Source: a virus (lineage: Duplodnaviria > Heunggongvirae > Uroviricota > Caudoviricetes). Taken from it: a DNA stretch of 64,000 bases. The DNA lies in IMG/VR virus record IMGVR_UViG_3300017707_001811, positions 101,573-165,572 of that record. The stretch is one strand, 5' to 3'. Positions 28,243 to 37,137 of the stretch are shown one piece after another. The stretch's first letter is position 1. Every line of letters begins with the position of its first letter. Position numbers and translations under genes: made by a program. Below the pieces are notes generated by a model. The model saw only the letters and a program-made list of their open reading frames with translations. It did no database searches and was not told where the DNA came from.

Positions 28243-28315
28243 ACCCTTATAGTTTAATGGATTAGAATATATCACTACGGATGATATGGTGGGAGTTCGA
28301 ATCTCTCTGAGGGTA
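28243..28315 (+). tRNA. tRNA-Arg(ACG)
   Basis: Acceptor ACCCTTA/TGAGGGT, anticodon arm TATCA-CTACGGA-TGATA, T arm GGGAG-TTCGAAT-CTCTC. Confidence 0.75.
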
Positions 28316-28380
28316 CTTAATTTAACATTTGTTTAACTTTTAAACTGTTTACATTAATCTATTTATATGTAAACAAACTC

Positions 28381-28935
28381 ATGAAAAAGTTAATATTTTT
28401 ATTTCTAACATTAATTCCGTTTTTATCTTTCTCACAATTGACAACATCAAATCCTGATACGGTATGTATAGGAGATAATTCATCAATATATCAAGTTACA
28501 GATATACCAGGATATACTTATACATGGAATGTATCGTCTCCTGGAGTTCTAACTTCAGGACAAGGTAGTAATCAAATAACTGTTGATTGGTCATCAGCAC
28601 CTGGAGGTATTATATCGAACGGAGTTAGTGTGTACGCAACAACTCCTGAAGGATGTGAAGGTCCCCCAATCCTAATCGATGTTTTTATTCTTGAAATAAT
28701 TCCAGTAATTACACCATTAATTTTTTGTGAAGGTGACCCATGTGAAGATTTAGTTGCAACACCAGTTGGAGGTATTTTTACAGGACCAAATATTGTAAAC
28801 GGACAGTATTGTCCAATAACTGATGGAGTAGAAACGGTAACATATACCATAACAGAAGCGGGATGTATATTTACAGCAACTGCTGATATGACGGTATACC
28901 CTATTCCTGTTTTAGATAATATTTCACATGATTAA
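28381..28935 (+). CDS. secreted protein (signal peptide); C-terminus ...PVLDNISHD
   Basis: N-terminal MKKLIFLFLTLIPFLSFSQ; Thr/Gly-rich beta-rich body. Confidence 0.45.
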   Translation: MKKLIFLFLTLIPFLSFSQLTTSNPDTVCIGDNSSIYQVTDIPGYTYTWNVSSPGVLTSGQGSNQITVDWSSAPGGIISNGVSVYATTPEGCEGPPILIDVFILEIIPVITPLIFCEGDPCEDLVATPVGGIFTGPNIVNGQYCPITDGVETVTYTITEAGCIFTATADMTVYPIPVLDNISHD

Positions 28936-29510
28936 TGAAATTTGTAAAAACAATATTTTTATTTTTATTAATCATGACTGTATTTTCACAGTCTAATCAA
29001 AAATTAGATATTTGTGTTGAAGACTCAAGACATGAATATACGTATAGTGTTAATTCTGATACTCCGAATACTATATTTTATTGGTATGTTGATGGGGTAT
29101 ATCATTTCGGTCAAACACTAACAATAGATTGGTCAACGTACCAACCTGGAGAACACACTATAACCGTTTACGGAATCTCAAATGATTGTTCTTCACTACC
29201 TGTTACATATAAAGTTTTTATAGACGAATGTTCAAGTATATACATACCTAATGCTTTTACACCTAATGATGATGGTATTAACGATGGTTGGTATCCTATT
29301 GGTGTTGGTTGGGAATGGATTGAAGTTCTAATTTTTGATAGATGGGGTATTTTAGTTTTTTCATCCACAAAAATAAAAGATTCTTGGATTGGTAATTTTA
29401 GAAATGGAGGGTATTATGTTCAAAATGACGTTTATGAGTATAAAGTTACTTGGAAAGGTGTTAACAAAGAACCTGAAATAATATTTGGCCATGTTACATT
29501 AATACGATAA
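28935..29510 (+). CDS. secreted protein with type-B T9SS C-terminal sorting domain (CHU_C-like)
   Basis: Own signal peptide; C-terminus IYIPNAFTPNDDGINDGW...YEYKVTWKGVNKEPEIIFGHVTLIR. Confidence 0.6.
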   Translation: MKFVKTIFLFLLIMTVFSQSNQKLDICVEDSRHEYTYSVNSDTPNTIFYWYVDGVYHFGQTLTIDWSTYQPGEHTITVYGISNDCSSLPVTYKVFIDECSSIYIPNAFTPNDDGINDGWYPIGVGWEWIEVLIFDRWGILVFSSTKIKDSWIGNFRNGGYYVQNDVYEYKVTWKGVNKEPEIIFGHVTLIR

Positions 29511-29553
29511 AGAATGTTATTATTAGTTATTTGGTAATTATATAAATTTTACA

Positions 29554-29561
29554 TATCTTTG
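29554..29561 (+). promoter_or_regulatory. TATCTTTG -7 box
   Basis: 16 nt upstream of the ATG at 29578. Confidence 0.45.
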
Positions 29562-29577
29562 TTAAAATTTATTTATT

Positions 29578-29787
29578 ATGTCTGCAAACGGAAATAATTG
29601 GTATGATGTTATGTTGTGGGTTGAAAATGTCATTAAATCTTGCGAAACTCCACTACAAGAAATTAGTGCCAAAAAACTAGTTAAACTATACCTTAAAAAA
29701 TATAAATACGAATTCAAAGAGTTGGATTTAAGCATTTATTATCGGCTTATGTCAAGATTGGACCAAATTCATTATTCAAAAAAATAA
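29578..29787 (+). CDS. hypothetical small protein
   Basis: ORF only. Confidence 0.3.
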   Translation: MSANGNNWYDVMLWVENVIKSCETPLQEISAKKLVKLYLKKYKYEFKELDLSIYYRLMSRLDQIHYSKK

Positions 29788-30106
29788 TATGTCCTGTTGT
29801 AAAGAATGTCCTTGGAAGGTGGAGAATAACCACAACCAAAAATTAAGAGAGTTCGTTAATAGAACTGGTAGGAAACATACCTGTCATATGGTTAATCCAA
29901 AACTTTGGGACACTTCCAATGATAAACAAATCTGCAAAGGAATTTATGAAGAAAATTAATATTTACCCCGACAAAGTTATTAAGGTTAAACCCAAAATGA
30001 TTAAAGAAGGAATTAACTTAAATCCTTTTACAAAAATTTATTGGTTCTTTTGGTGGGTGCGGAATTACCCTGAAATAGTTTGGTTGAAATTCAAATCATA
30101 CTTTAA

Positions 30107-30493
30107 ATGAAGAAAGAATTAAGGGAGAGGGTATTCCACAAATGTAATGGACATTGTGCTTATTGTGGAAAGGAGATAACCTACAAGGAAACGCAGGTTG
30201 ACCACATTGAACCCAAATGGCATACCTTCACCGAACAGGAAGCGGATAAACATAAGATTATTAAAGGTTCAGATGACTTTAAAAATCTAAATCCATCTTG
30301 CCCAAGGTGTAATAAATGGAAATCAACTTATTCACTGGAACATTTCCGTAAGGTGGTTCGAACATCACTTGTCAGATTGGAAAGGGATACTCCAAATTAT
30401 AGGTTGGCAAAAGATTATGGATTGATTGTTGAAAATGATTCACCGATTGTTTTTTACTTTGAGAAAAATAATATATCTTTGTCTTATGAATGA
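30107..30493 (+). CDS. HNH endonuclease
   Basis: CNGHCAYCGKEI...QVDHIEPKWH...NLNPSCPRCNKWK. Confidence 0.65.
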   Translation: MKKELRERVFHKCNGHCAYCGKEITYKETQVDHIEPKWHTFTEQEADKHKIIKGSDDFKNLNPSCPRCNKWKSTYSLEHFRKVVRTSLVRLERDTPNYRLAKDYGLIVENDSPIVFYFEKNNISLSYE

Positions 30494-31031
30494 TAATGAT
30501 AAAATTAACTGGGTATTAGACCAACACAAAAATACAAACCATTTTTACGACACATACTTACCGTATGAGTTCCATTTGAGAATGGTTGTTAATGTTGCTG
30601 ACAAATTTATGAATCTGTTGGTACCTAAGAACAAATTACATCCTGGTTATCCTGATGTAATTAATATTAGACGAGCGGCTTGGGGACACGACTTGATTGA
30701 GGACACTCGTGTATCTTACAACGATGTTAAAGAACGATTAGGTATAACCGCAGCTGACATCATCTATGCTCTTACCAATGAGAAAGGTAAGAACCGTAAG
30801 GAAAGAGCTAATGCTAATTACTATATGGGTATCAGAAATACTCACGGAGCAGTGTTTGTTAAGTTGTGTGACCGTATTGCTAATGTTCAATACTCAAAAA
30901 TGACAGGTAGTCGTATGTTTGAGATGTATAAAAAAGAAAACGAAAATTTTGAACAAATGCTTGGCCGTCACACTGATTACAAACATTTAGAAGAAATGTT
31001 TAGTTATTTAGAAAACCTTTTTAATGATTAA
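30486..31031 (+). CDS. HD-domain phosphohydrolase
   Basis: H...AAWGHDLIEDT...KLCDRIAN; start 4 nt after the TATCTTTG box at 30474-30481. Confidence 0.6.
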   Translation: MNDNDKINWVLDQHKNTNHFYDTYLPYEFHLRMVVNVADKFMNLLVPKNKLHPGYPDVINIRRAAWGHDLIEDTRVSYNDVKERLGITAADIIYALTNEKGKNRKERANANYYMGIRNTHGAVFVKLCDRIANVQYSKMTGSRMFEMYKKENENFEQMLGRHTDYKHLEEMFSYLENLFND

Positions 31032-31298
31032 TAATATGATGAATAGTTTATTTGGCGGGGAAGCATTTTACCTTATGGGTATGAGTGAACTTTACAATTT
31101 TGAAAAACAACAAGAGGATTGGAAAGAACGAATTAAAAAAGAATTCCGAGAGTCTTGTAATCTACCAAGAAAAAAGAAAAAACGAGTTAGAAAAAATCTA
31201 CAACTTGAGTGGAGTATTGCTAACTGGAATCCGTTTAAATTTTAACTTGTATATTCAAAAAATTAATACTACATTTGTCAAACATTTAAAAAAAAATA

Positions 31299-31553
31299 AT
31301 GGAAACTAAACAACTAATAAAACTCTCCGCCATTGCATTTATGATGGTTGGAGTATTGATACTAACCGTGCCCCTAACCACGCAAATATTCACACTGATG
31401 AATACATCCAATACAGTTTTAAATTTTATTGGAGTTTTTATTTACCTAATTACGTGGTTTGTAGTGGTAATTACAGAGTACAGTTTATATAAGGAACTCA
31501 AAAAAAATCTTGGTACCGATGAATCAACCAAGGACGAAGAAACAAAACAATAA
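31299..31553 (+). CDS. small membrane protein
   Basis: Two hydrophobic helices; -7 box TACATTTG at 31270-31277. Confidence 0.35.
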   Translation: METKQLIKLSAIAFMMVGVLILTVPLTTQIFTLMNTSNTVLNFIGVFIYLITWFVVVITEYSLYKELKKNLGTDESTKDEETKQ

Positions 31554-31592
31554 AATAAATAATCAAATCAATAATTAATAAAAACAAAAAAA

Positions 31593-32429
31593 ATGAACAT
31601 TTTTAAACTTGTGGTGGGAGTAATCCTTGGGATTGTGGTAATGTCAGTAATGTTTGCATCTTGTGAACGAATTGATGCGGGACACGTAGGTGTTAAAGTG
31701 AATATGTATGGTGATGGTAAGGGTGTTGATGACATCACTGAAGTAACAGGTTGGGTATTTTATAACCCTATCGGAGCTAAGATTGTAGAGTTTCCTACCT
31801 TTATGCAACACAAAGAATACACAGGTGAGGAATCATTTGTTGTAAACTCTAAAGATGGTTCTGAATTCCATGTATCACCTTTGATTAACTATTCGGTCCA
31901 ACGGGAAAAGGTACCTTACATCTATTCAAAGTATCGTGTCTCACTTGAGCAGATTCAATCAGGGTTTCTTAAAACTGCAGTATATGACGCATTTCGTTTG
32001 ACCGCAAATGCTTATACCGCCGAAGAACTCATATCTAATCGTGAAAAGTTTGAGGTTAAAGTAAGAGCTCAACTTGATTCAACACTTATTAGTGAAGGTT
32101 TCATGATTTCTCAAATGACATCAAATTTAGTTTATCCTGAGACGTTCAAAAACGCAATTGAGGCCAAGAATAATGCTGTTCAATCAGCACTTATGGCAGA
32201 AAATAAGGTTAAACAAGCCGAGGCTGAAGCTAAAATTAAAATCGCAACCGCTGAAGGTAACGCTCAAGCAATGTTGACATCGGCAAAAGCTGAAGCCGAA
32301 TCTAACCGATTGAGACAACAAACTTTAACTCCTCTTCTTCTACAACAAATGTGGATTGAGAAATGGGATGGAGCAGTTCCACAAACACAACTTGGTCAAG
32401 GTGCCAACGTTATGTACGGACTGAAATAA
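31593..32429 (+). CDS. SPFH/band-7 (stomatin/prohibitin-like) membrane protein
   Basis: N-terminal TM helix, SPFH-like core, C-terminal AEAEAKIKIATAEGNAQAML coiled coil. Confidence 0.55.
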   Translation: MNIFKLVVGVILGIVVMSVMFASCERIDAGHVGVKVNMYGDGKGVDDITEVTGWVFYNPIGAKIVEFPTFMQHKEYTGEESFVVNSKDGSEFHVSPLINYSVQREKVPYIYSKYRVSLEQIQSGFLKTAVYDAFRLTANAYTAEELISNREKFEVKVRAQLDSTLISEGFMISQMTSNLVYPETFKNAIEAKNNAVQSALMAENKVKQAEAEAKIKIATAEGNAQAMLTSAKAEAESNRLRQQTLTPLLLQQMWIEKWDGAVPQTQLGQGANVMYGLK

Positions 32430-32445
32430 TCAAAAAAATAAATTT

Positions 32446-32474
32446 GGTGGAGTGAAAACTCCACCTTATTTTTG
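32446..32474 (+). terminator. intrinsic terminator
   Basis: GGTGGAG-TGAAAA-CTCCACC followed by TTATTTTT. Confidence 0.7.
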
Positions 32475-32796
32475 CTTATATGAAACAGATATTCCATTCG
32501 TTATTTCCAATGTTCAGAGTTTTCAATAAGAAAACTTTGTCTTTGTTAACACCACTGATTGATAGATTAGGTTTGTCATTAAAACTATATTCACTAACAC
32601 TGGTAATTCCTATTTCGGTTAGTATTATTAATATCTTGTTTTGCGGTATTTTAGGGGTTGAATCCATCCACGGATTTTGGGGTAATTTTTACCATATTTG
32701 GATTGGATTTTATTTTACAGGTACATTCCTTGGCATAATTGCGTGGAAATGGCAACTTTTTTTGTTTTTATTTAGTTTTTTATTTACTTTTACAGA

Positions 32797-32979
32797 ATGA
32801 AAGAACAAATCATATACTGTGAAAGATGTGGTGAAAAACTTAACCCATCAAAAGCAGTATGGCTTGAGTTATCAATGACCGATGGAAAATACTATAACCA
32901 AATTCCTGATGGTCACGATAGTCAAGGAGCGTTCAGTTTCGGTAAAGCATGTGCTAAATCACAATTAAAATATAAATAA
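32797..32979 (+). CDS. small Cys-rich (zinc-ribbon-like) protein
   Basis: CERCGEKL...GKACAK. Confidence 0.3.
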   Translation: MKEQIIYCERCGEKLNPSKAVWLELSMTDGKYYNQIPDGHDSQGAFSFGKACAKSQLKYK

Positions 32980-33052
32980 TATTTGACAATCTATAGTTTA
33001 ATGTATATGATTGTCTTCCAATAAACAATAAATAATAAAAGACGTAGTAACT

Positions 33053-34678
33053 ATGGCTAAATTCAGAAACACAGGATTAAAAGAGAAGTTGGACTCTACA
33101 AAACCAAAGAAAAATCTCGTCGCAAAAATGTCGGTTCCTAAACCAAACACAACTAACCTACAAGGTTATGAAGCTTATGATATCGATAATTGGCTACGAC
33201 TAATCTCACTGTTAAACACATCAAAACTTCAACCACAATTTTATCGTTCAGAGAATGATACAATGCGTGAACTGAAGAAATTAATTGATGTATGTGGTAA
33301 AGAAGACCCATACTTCGCGGCACAGTGTATTGTATACTCTCGTTGTGTCGGAGAAGGTATGCGTTCAATCAACCACTTGGCGGCCGTTTACTTGGCACCA
33401 TATATGAGTGGTAAAGAATGGTCAAAACGTTTCTTCTCCGTATGGGATAAGAAAAACCAAAAAGGTGGAACGATTTTCCGTCCTGATGATATGGCAGAAA
33501 TCGTTGCGGCATATACTGCGATGAATGATAAGAGTATCACAAACGCAATGAAAAAAGGTTTCCGTGAAGCACTTGAAAAAATGGATGCTTATAGTCTGTT
33601 AAAGTACAAATCGGCAGTACTTGACATGATTAATTTGGTACATCCAGACCCAAATGAATCAAAAGCTCTTGTTGATTACATGGATAAAAAAGTACCAGCG
33701 TTCGAAGCAATCATTAAAGGGTATAATGTATCTGCGGATACTTGGGAAGTTGCACAATCTGACGCAGGTCAAATTGTTGCACAAGCGGTTCGTGAAGGTA
33801 AACTCTCAGAATCAGAAGCTAAAGAAGTATTAACTGAACAAAAGTCAGAAAACTGGAAAGGGTTATTGACTGAAGGTAAGTTGGGTATTTTGGCCGCTAT
33901 TCGAAATATGAGAAACATTCTTACCAACAAACCTGAGGCGAAAACAATTGACACTCTGTGTGATTTGGTTTCAAATCCTGAATTGATTAAAAAAGGTAAG
34001 ATTATGCCATACCAACTTGACTTGGCAAATGAAGTAATGAACTCTGAGTTTAGTGATACTAACTCAAGAAAGTTGTCAAAAGCTTTATTGACAGGTTATG
34101 AGTTGGCGGTTCCGAACCTTAAAGAACTACTTACAGGTAACAACCTTGTAATCATTGATATGTCAGGTTCTATGGACACTGAAGTACTTGACCCTAACAG
34201 AAAAACAAATTACAAGAGTACTTGTATGGATAAAGCAAGTCTAATCGGAATGACAATTGCTAAGGCGACAAATGCAGATGTTATCCGTTTCGGTTCAAGT
34301 GCTGAGTATATTACTTATAACCCTAACCAAGATGTGTTCAGTTTGGCAAAATCTATCCGTAAAGGAATGGGTGGTACAAACTTGTCACAAGCTTGGGCGA
34401 AGGCTCAAAGTTCAGGTAGAAAATACGACCGTGTTTTTATCTTGTCTGACAATGAGTGTAACATGGGTTCAACATACCGTAATTATACAAGTTATGTTGA
34501 AAAGGTTGGTGACCCATACGTATATTCAATTGACCTAGCATCTTACGGAACTACCGCAATTGCAGGACCTAAAGTAAGATACTACTACGGTTATGGATAC
34601 TCAATGTTTGATGATATCGCTAAGAGTGAGTTCAACCCAAACTATCATATTGAAAAAATCCGTAAGATTGAAATTTAA
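33053..34678 (+). CDS. rsr: Ro60/Rsr orthologue (TROVE domain plus C-terminal vWA/MIDAS)
   Basis: 541 aa. Co-linear matches to vertebrate/bacterial Ro60: N-terminal N..G..AY....L.RL..LL...FYRSE, KIMPYQLD (Ro60 RIHPFHIL), vWA DMSGSMDT, GGTNLSQAWAKAQ (Ro60 GSTDCALPMLWAQ), YDRVFILSDNECN (Ro60 ADIFIVFTDCETN), C-terminal GYGYSMFDDI (Ro60 GFDSGALDVI). Confidence 0.8.
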   Translation: MAKFRNTGLKEKLDSTKPKKNLVAKMSVPKPNTTNLQGYEAYDIDNWLRLISLLNTSKLQPQFYRSENDTMRELKKLIDVCGKEDPYFAAQCIVYSRCVGEGMRSINHLAAVYLAPYMSGKEWSKRFFSVWDKKNQKGGTIFRPDDMAEIVAAYTAMNDKSITNAMKKGFREALEKMDAYSLLKYKSAVLDMINLVHPDPNESKALVDYMDKKVPAFEAIIKGYNVSADTWEVAQSDAGQIVAQAVREGKLSESEAKEVLTEQKSENWKGLLTEGKLGILAAIRNMRNILTNKPEAKTIDTLCDLVSNPELIKKGKIMPYQLDLANEVMNSEFSDTNSRKLSKALLTGYELAVPNLKELLTGNNLVIIDMSGSMDTEVLDPNRKTNYKSTCMDKASLIGMTIAKATNADVIRFGSSAEYITYNPNQDVFSLAKSIRKGMGGTNLSQAWAKAQSSGRKYDRVFILSDNECNMGSTYRNYTSYVEKVGDPYVYSIDLASYGTTAIAGPKVRYYYGYGYSMFDDIAKSEFNPNYHIEKIRKIEI

Positions 34679-34681
34679 TAA

Positions 34682-34710
34682 ATTGGGAGGATAGCTCCTC
34701 CCAATTATTT
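34682..34710 (+). terminator. intrinsic terminator after the Ro60 gene
   Basis: TTGGGAGG-ATAG-CTCCTCCCAA followed by TTATTT. Confidence 0.7.
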
Positions 34711-34713
34711 AAC

Positions 34714-34859
34714 ACTCAGGTGGCGAAAGTGAGAACATTCTAGATAATGACTCCTGGTAGACGTAACATATGGTTATAGCAATGTGGGTTAAAAATCATC
34801 TGAACAAGATGTGGTCACTATAATGGCAGCCCGTGGAGGTTCGAATCCTTCCCTGAGTA
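34714..34859 (+). ncRNA. tRNA-mimic/Y-RNA-like element copy 3 (146 nt), immediately downstream of the Ro60 gene
   Basis: 5' ACTCAGG-TGGCGAAAG...GGAGG-TTCGAAT-CCTTC-CCTGAGT-A 3'; same GGTGGCG D-like motif and same architecture as copies 1-2. Confidence 0.55.
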
Positions 34860-35014
34860 CCAATCGTTACTATTAAGTAACAACCCAACCAAGGGCAATG
34901 CGGGTTCATACCTGCGGAGCAAGGTGACGACCAGGAAAGACTGGTATATTTATGATTATGTATAATTTTATAAAAATAGATATTTTAATAATATTTATTA
35001 TTATAACAATTATT

Positions 35015-35806
35015 ATGGGTAAAAGATTTGTCATTACTGAAGAAGAAAGAAAAGAAATAAAAAAACAACACGGTATTGCAGAAGATTGGTGGGACGATAC
35101 TGTTGAATTTCTTAAAGACACAGGTGAAAAAATAGGAGATTTTGTCTCTGATATTTTTACTGATAGTGATGAAGAGGAGAGTAAAGATGCAGAAGACCTT
35201 AAATCATCAGATTTTTCTTCAGAAGAGAAAAAAGAAATTGAGAAAAAATTAGAAGATACTAAGAAAGAATTATCTTCAAAAATAACAGACTCAAGTTTAA
35301 AAGGATTTAACTTTGATAAGATACCTGATGGTAAAAATAACTACAGGTCGGCTCAAATAACTGCTGATTTGATTCCATTGGTTATTAAAAAGTATGGTAT
35401 TAAGAGAATTATAAGATTTAATGGTGATGACGGAGACGCTAAACATGCGGGTAAACAAGGTCCGAGCATTAGTGAAGAAAAACGTATTTGTGAGAGTAAT
35501 GGATGTGAATTTTATAAATTATCATCAACTAGAAACCAAGATAAAGTTAATTCTTTATTAAAACAAGGTAATACTCTAATACATTGTGCTCACGGTGCGG
35601 ATAGAACAGGTGGTAATGTTGGTGGTTATCTATATGATATAGGATGGGGAGACACAAAAAAAATATGGGATTATACCACAAAATACAATTCATGGGAAAA
35701 TATGGTAATTAATAACCCATCTAAGTTTACAAATGGAGGTTATTTAAATCAAGCCAAAAAGTTTGGGGTCAAAGATATAGAACAAGCTAAAAAATTAAGT
35801 AAATAA
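35015..35806 (+). CDS. protein-tyrosine/dual-specificity phosphatase-like protein with a conserved N-terminal module
   Basis: CX5R motif IHCAHGADRTG; N-terminus MGKRFVITEEERKEIKKQHGIAEDWWDDTVEFLKD is paralogous to the N-termini of 52966..53841(-) and 41335..42642(-). Start set to the internal Met. Confidence 0.55.
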   Translation: MGKRFVITEEERKEIKKQHGIAEDWWDDTVEFLKDTGEKIGDFVSDIFTDSDEEESKDAEDLKSSDFSSEEKKEIEKKLEDTKKELSSKITDSSLKGFNFDKIPDGKNNYRSAQITADLIPLVIKKYGIKRIIRFNGDDGDAKHAGKQGPSISEEKRICESNGCEFYKLSSTRNQDKVNSLLKQGNTLIHCAHGADRTGGNVGGYLYDIGWGDTKKIWDYTTKYNSWENMVINNPSKFTNGGYLNQAKKFGVKDIEQAKKLSK

Positions 35807-35831
35807 ATTTTGTATCATAGTTATTTTACCA

Positions 35832-35839
35832 TATCTTTG
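35832..35839 (+). promoter_or_regulatory. TATCTTTG -7 box 4 nt before the ATG at 35844
   Basis: One of eight genes with this exact geometry. Confidence 0.5.
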
Positions 35840-35843
35840 TGGT

Positions 35844-36326
35844 ATGAATAACGAAATCAAATACAAACCAACAAAAGAGGCGATTATTGGATATAGTGAT
35901 TCTAAAATTGCCCAAAGCGAAACAAACGATTGTGTTGTTAGAGCAATTGCGTCGGCTTTTGAAATGCATTATGATGAGGCACACGACTTTGTTGCAAGTA
36001 ATTGGTTTCGTAGAAATCGTGAGGGAACAAGAAACTTCATTGGAGGTATGCGTAGTATGGTCGACAAAGGAGTTTTAATTAACGGTAAATCATTTTCCAA
36101 TTTGGGTGACCAACATGGTCATATGAAATATGACGTTAAAGTTAAAGGTCAAATTGTTAAACGTAATATGACCACAGGAACTTTTATCAAAAAATTCCCA
36201 AAAGGTCGATACGTTGTGGTTGTTCGTGGACATGCTTTCTCAATCATTGACGGAGTTGTTGTTGGTAATACAGGTGATGCTAAAATGAAGAAGCGTGTTA
36301 TTTTGTATTCTTGGAGAGTTTTATAA
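35844..36326 (+). CDS. hypothetical protein
   Basis: ORF only. Confidence 0.4.
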   Translation: MNNEIKYKPTKEAIIGYSDSKIAQSETNDCVVRAIASAFEMHYDEAHDFVASNWFRRNREGTRNFIGGMRSMVDKGVLINGKSFSNLGDQHGHMKYDVKVKGQIVKRNMTTGTFIKKFPKGRYVVVVRGHAFSIIDGVVVGNTGDAKMKKRVILYSWRVL

Positions 36327-36366
36327 TAAAAATAAGATTTTACTTGACAAGAGTATATTTATAACT

Positions 36367-36415
36367 TACCTTTGTCAAACAATTCAGTAAAGACTGAAAC
36401 GTTCTTTGAAAAATT
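36367..36415 (+). promoter_or_regulatory. tRNA-cluster promoter (TACCTTTG -7 box) plus shared motif gaaacgttctttgaaaaa
   Basis: TACCTTTG at 36367-36374; the 18-mer GAAACGTTCTTTGAAAAA (36397-36414) recurs at 13801-13818 just upstream of the large RNA. Confidence 0.5.
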
Positions 36416-36427
36416 AAAAAAATTGAC

Positions 36428-36452
36428 GTAGTAAGAATAGAGTTACTTCGCA
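36428..36452 (+). repeat. hairpin repeat R1 (AGTAA-N8-TTACT-TCG)
   Basis: gtagtaagaatagagttacttcgca, followed by a T-arm-like minihelix ATTGG-TTCGAAT-CCAAT. Confidence 0.55.
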
Positions 36453-36575
36453 TATTGGTTCGAATCCAATATTTGCCGCAATTTTGGCAGATTAGACAAA
36501 TGGATAAGTCGACGGTCTCATAAACTGTTATAGAAAAACAACCTCTACTCGTTTTCTCGTCATAAAATATTGATT

Positions 36576-36602
36576 GATAGTAATAGATAAGGTTACTTCG
36601 TA
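36576..36602 (+). repeat. hairpin repeat R2
   Basis: gatagtaatagataaggttacttcgta; ends at the 5' end of the following tRNA. Confidence 0.55.
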
Positions 36603-36671
36603 AAATAGCTCAATTGGATGAGCATTTGTATCAGGAACAAAAGGATACGGGTTCAACTCCCGTTTTTACAA
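36599..36671 (+). tRNA. class-I tRNA with anticodon CAG (Leu by anticodon) and C1-A72 mismatch, CCA encoded
   Basis: Acceptor CGTAAAA/TTTTACA, D stem GCTC/GAGC, anticodon arm TTTGT-ATCAGGA-ACAAA, 5-nt variable loop, T arm ACGGG-TTCAACT-CCCGT, then A-CCA. Confidence 0.45.
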
Positions 36672-36714
36672 CCAAAAAAACCTTCCTAACTTTCTTCAAT
36701 CAAACTTATTATCA

Positions 36715-36740
36715 GATAGTGAAGAGACAGTTACTTCAAA
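36715..36740 (+). repeat. hairpin repeat R3
   Basis: gatagtgaagagacagttacttcaaa (AGTGA/TTACT with a compensatory G-U); followed by a degenerate tRNA-like segment with T arm TCGGG-TTCGAAT-CCCGA (36721-36788). Confidence 0.5.
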
Positions 36741-36847
36741 TTTTTCTGGAACAAAAAAGGCTCGGGTTCGAATCCCGACTCCTCTTCGGGGGATGTGGTG
36801 TAGCGGTAGCACTAGATAACACTGTTTCTATTTTCTTCTGATTAAAC

Positions 36848-36931
36848 GCCGAGGTGATGAAAAGGTAGACATGACAGACTTAAAATCTGTTGGGCAGTTC
36901 GCCCGTGCGGGTTCGAATCCCGCCCTCGGTA
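36848..36931 (+). tRNA. tRNA-Leu(TAA)
   Basis: Acceptor GCCGAGG/CCTCGGT, D stem ATG/CAT, anticodon arm ACAGA-CTTAAAA-TCTGT, variable hairpin GGGC-AGTTC-GCCC, T arm GCGGG-TTCGAAT-CCCGC. Confidence 0.75.
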
Positions 36932-36940
36932 CTAAAACAA

Positions 36941-37015
36941 GCCTCCATAGCTCAGCAGGTTTAGAGCGACTGATTTGTAATCAGTAGGTCGTTGGTTCGA
37001 TTCCGACTGGAGGCT
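36941..37015 (+). tRNA. tRNA-Thr(TGT)
   Basis: Acceptor GCCTCCA/TGGAGGC, anticodon arm ACTGA-TTTGTAA-TCAGT, T arm GTTGG-TTCGATT-CCGAC. Confidence 0.8.
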
Positions 37016-37026
37016 CTAATATATAT

Positions 37027-37101
37027 GCTCGGTTCGTCTAGACTGGTCTAGGACACTACCCTTTCACGGTATAAACACGGGTTCGAATCCCGTACCGAGT
37101 A
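37027..37101 (+). tRNA. tRNA-Glu(TTC)
   Basis: GTCT-AGACTGGTCTA-GGAC D arm, anticodon loop CTTTCAC, T arm ACGGG-TTCGAAT-CCCGT; resembles E. coli tRNA-Glu. Confidence 0.75.
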
Positions 37102-37107
37102 CTAAAT

Positions 37108-37137
37108 GAAGTAGTAAGGATAAGAGTTACTTCGCAA
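37108..37137 (+). repeat. hairpin repeat R4
   Basis: gaagtagtaaggataagagttacttcgca. Confidence 0.55.
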
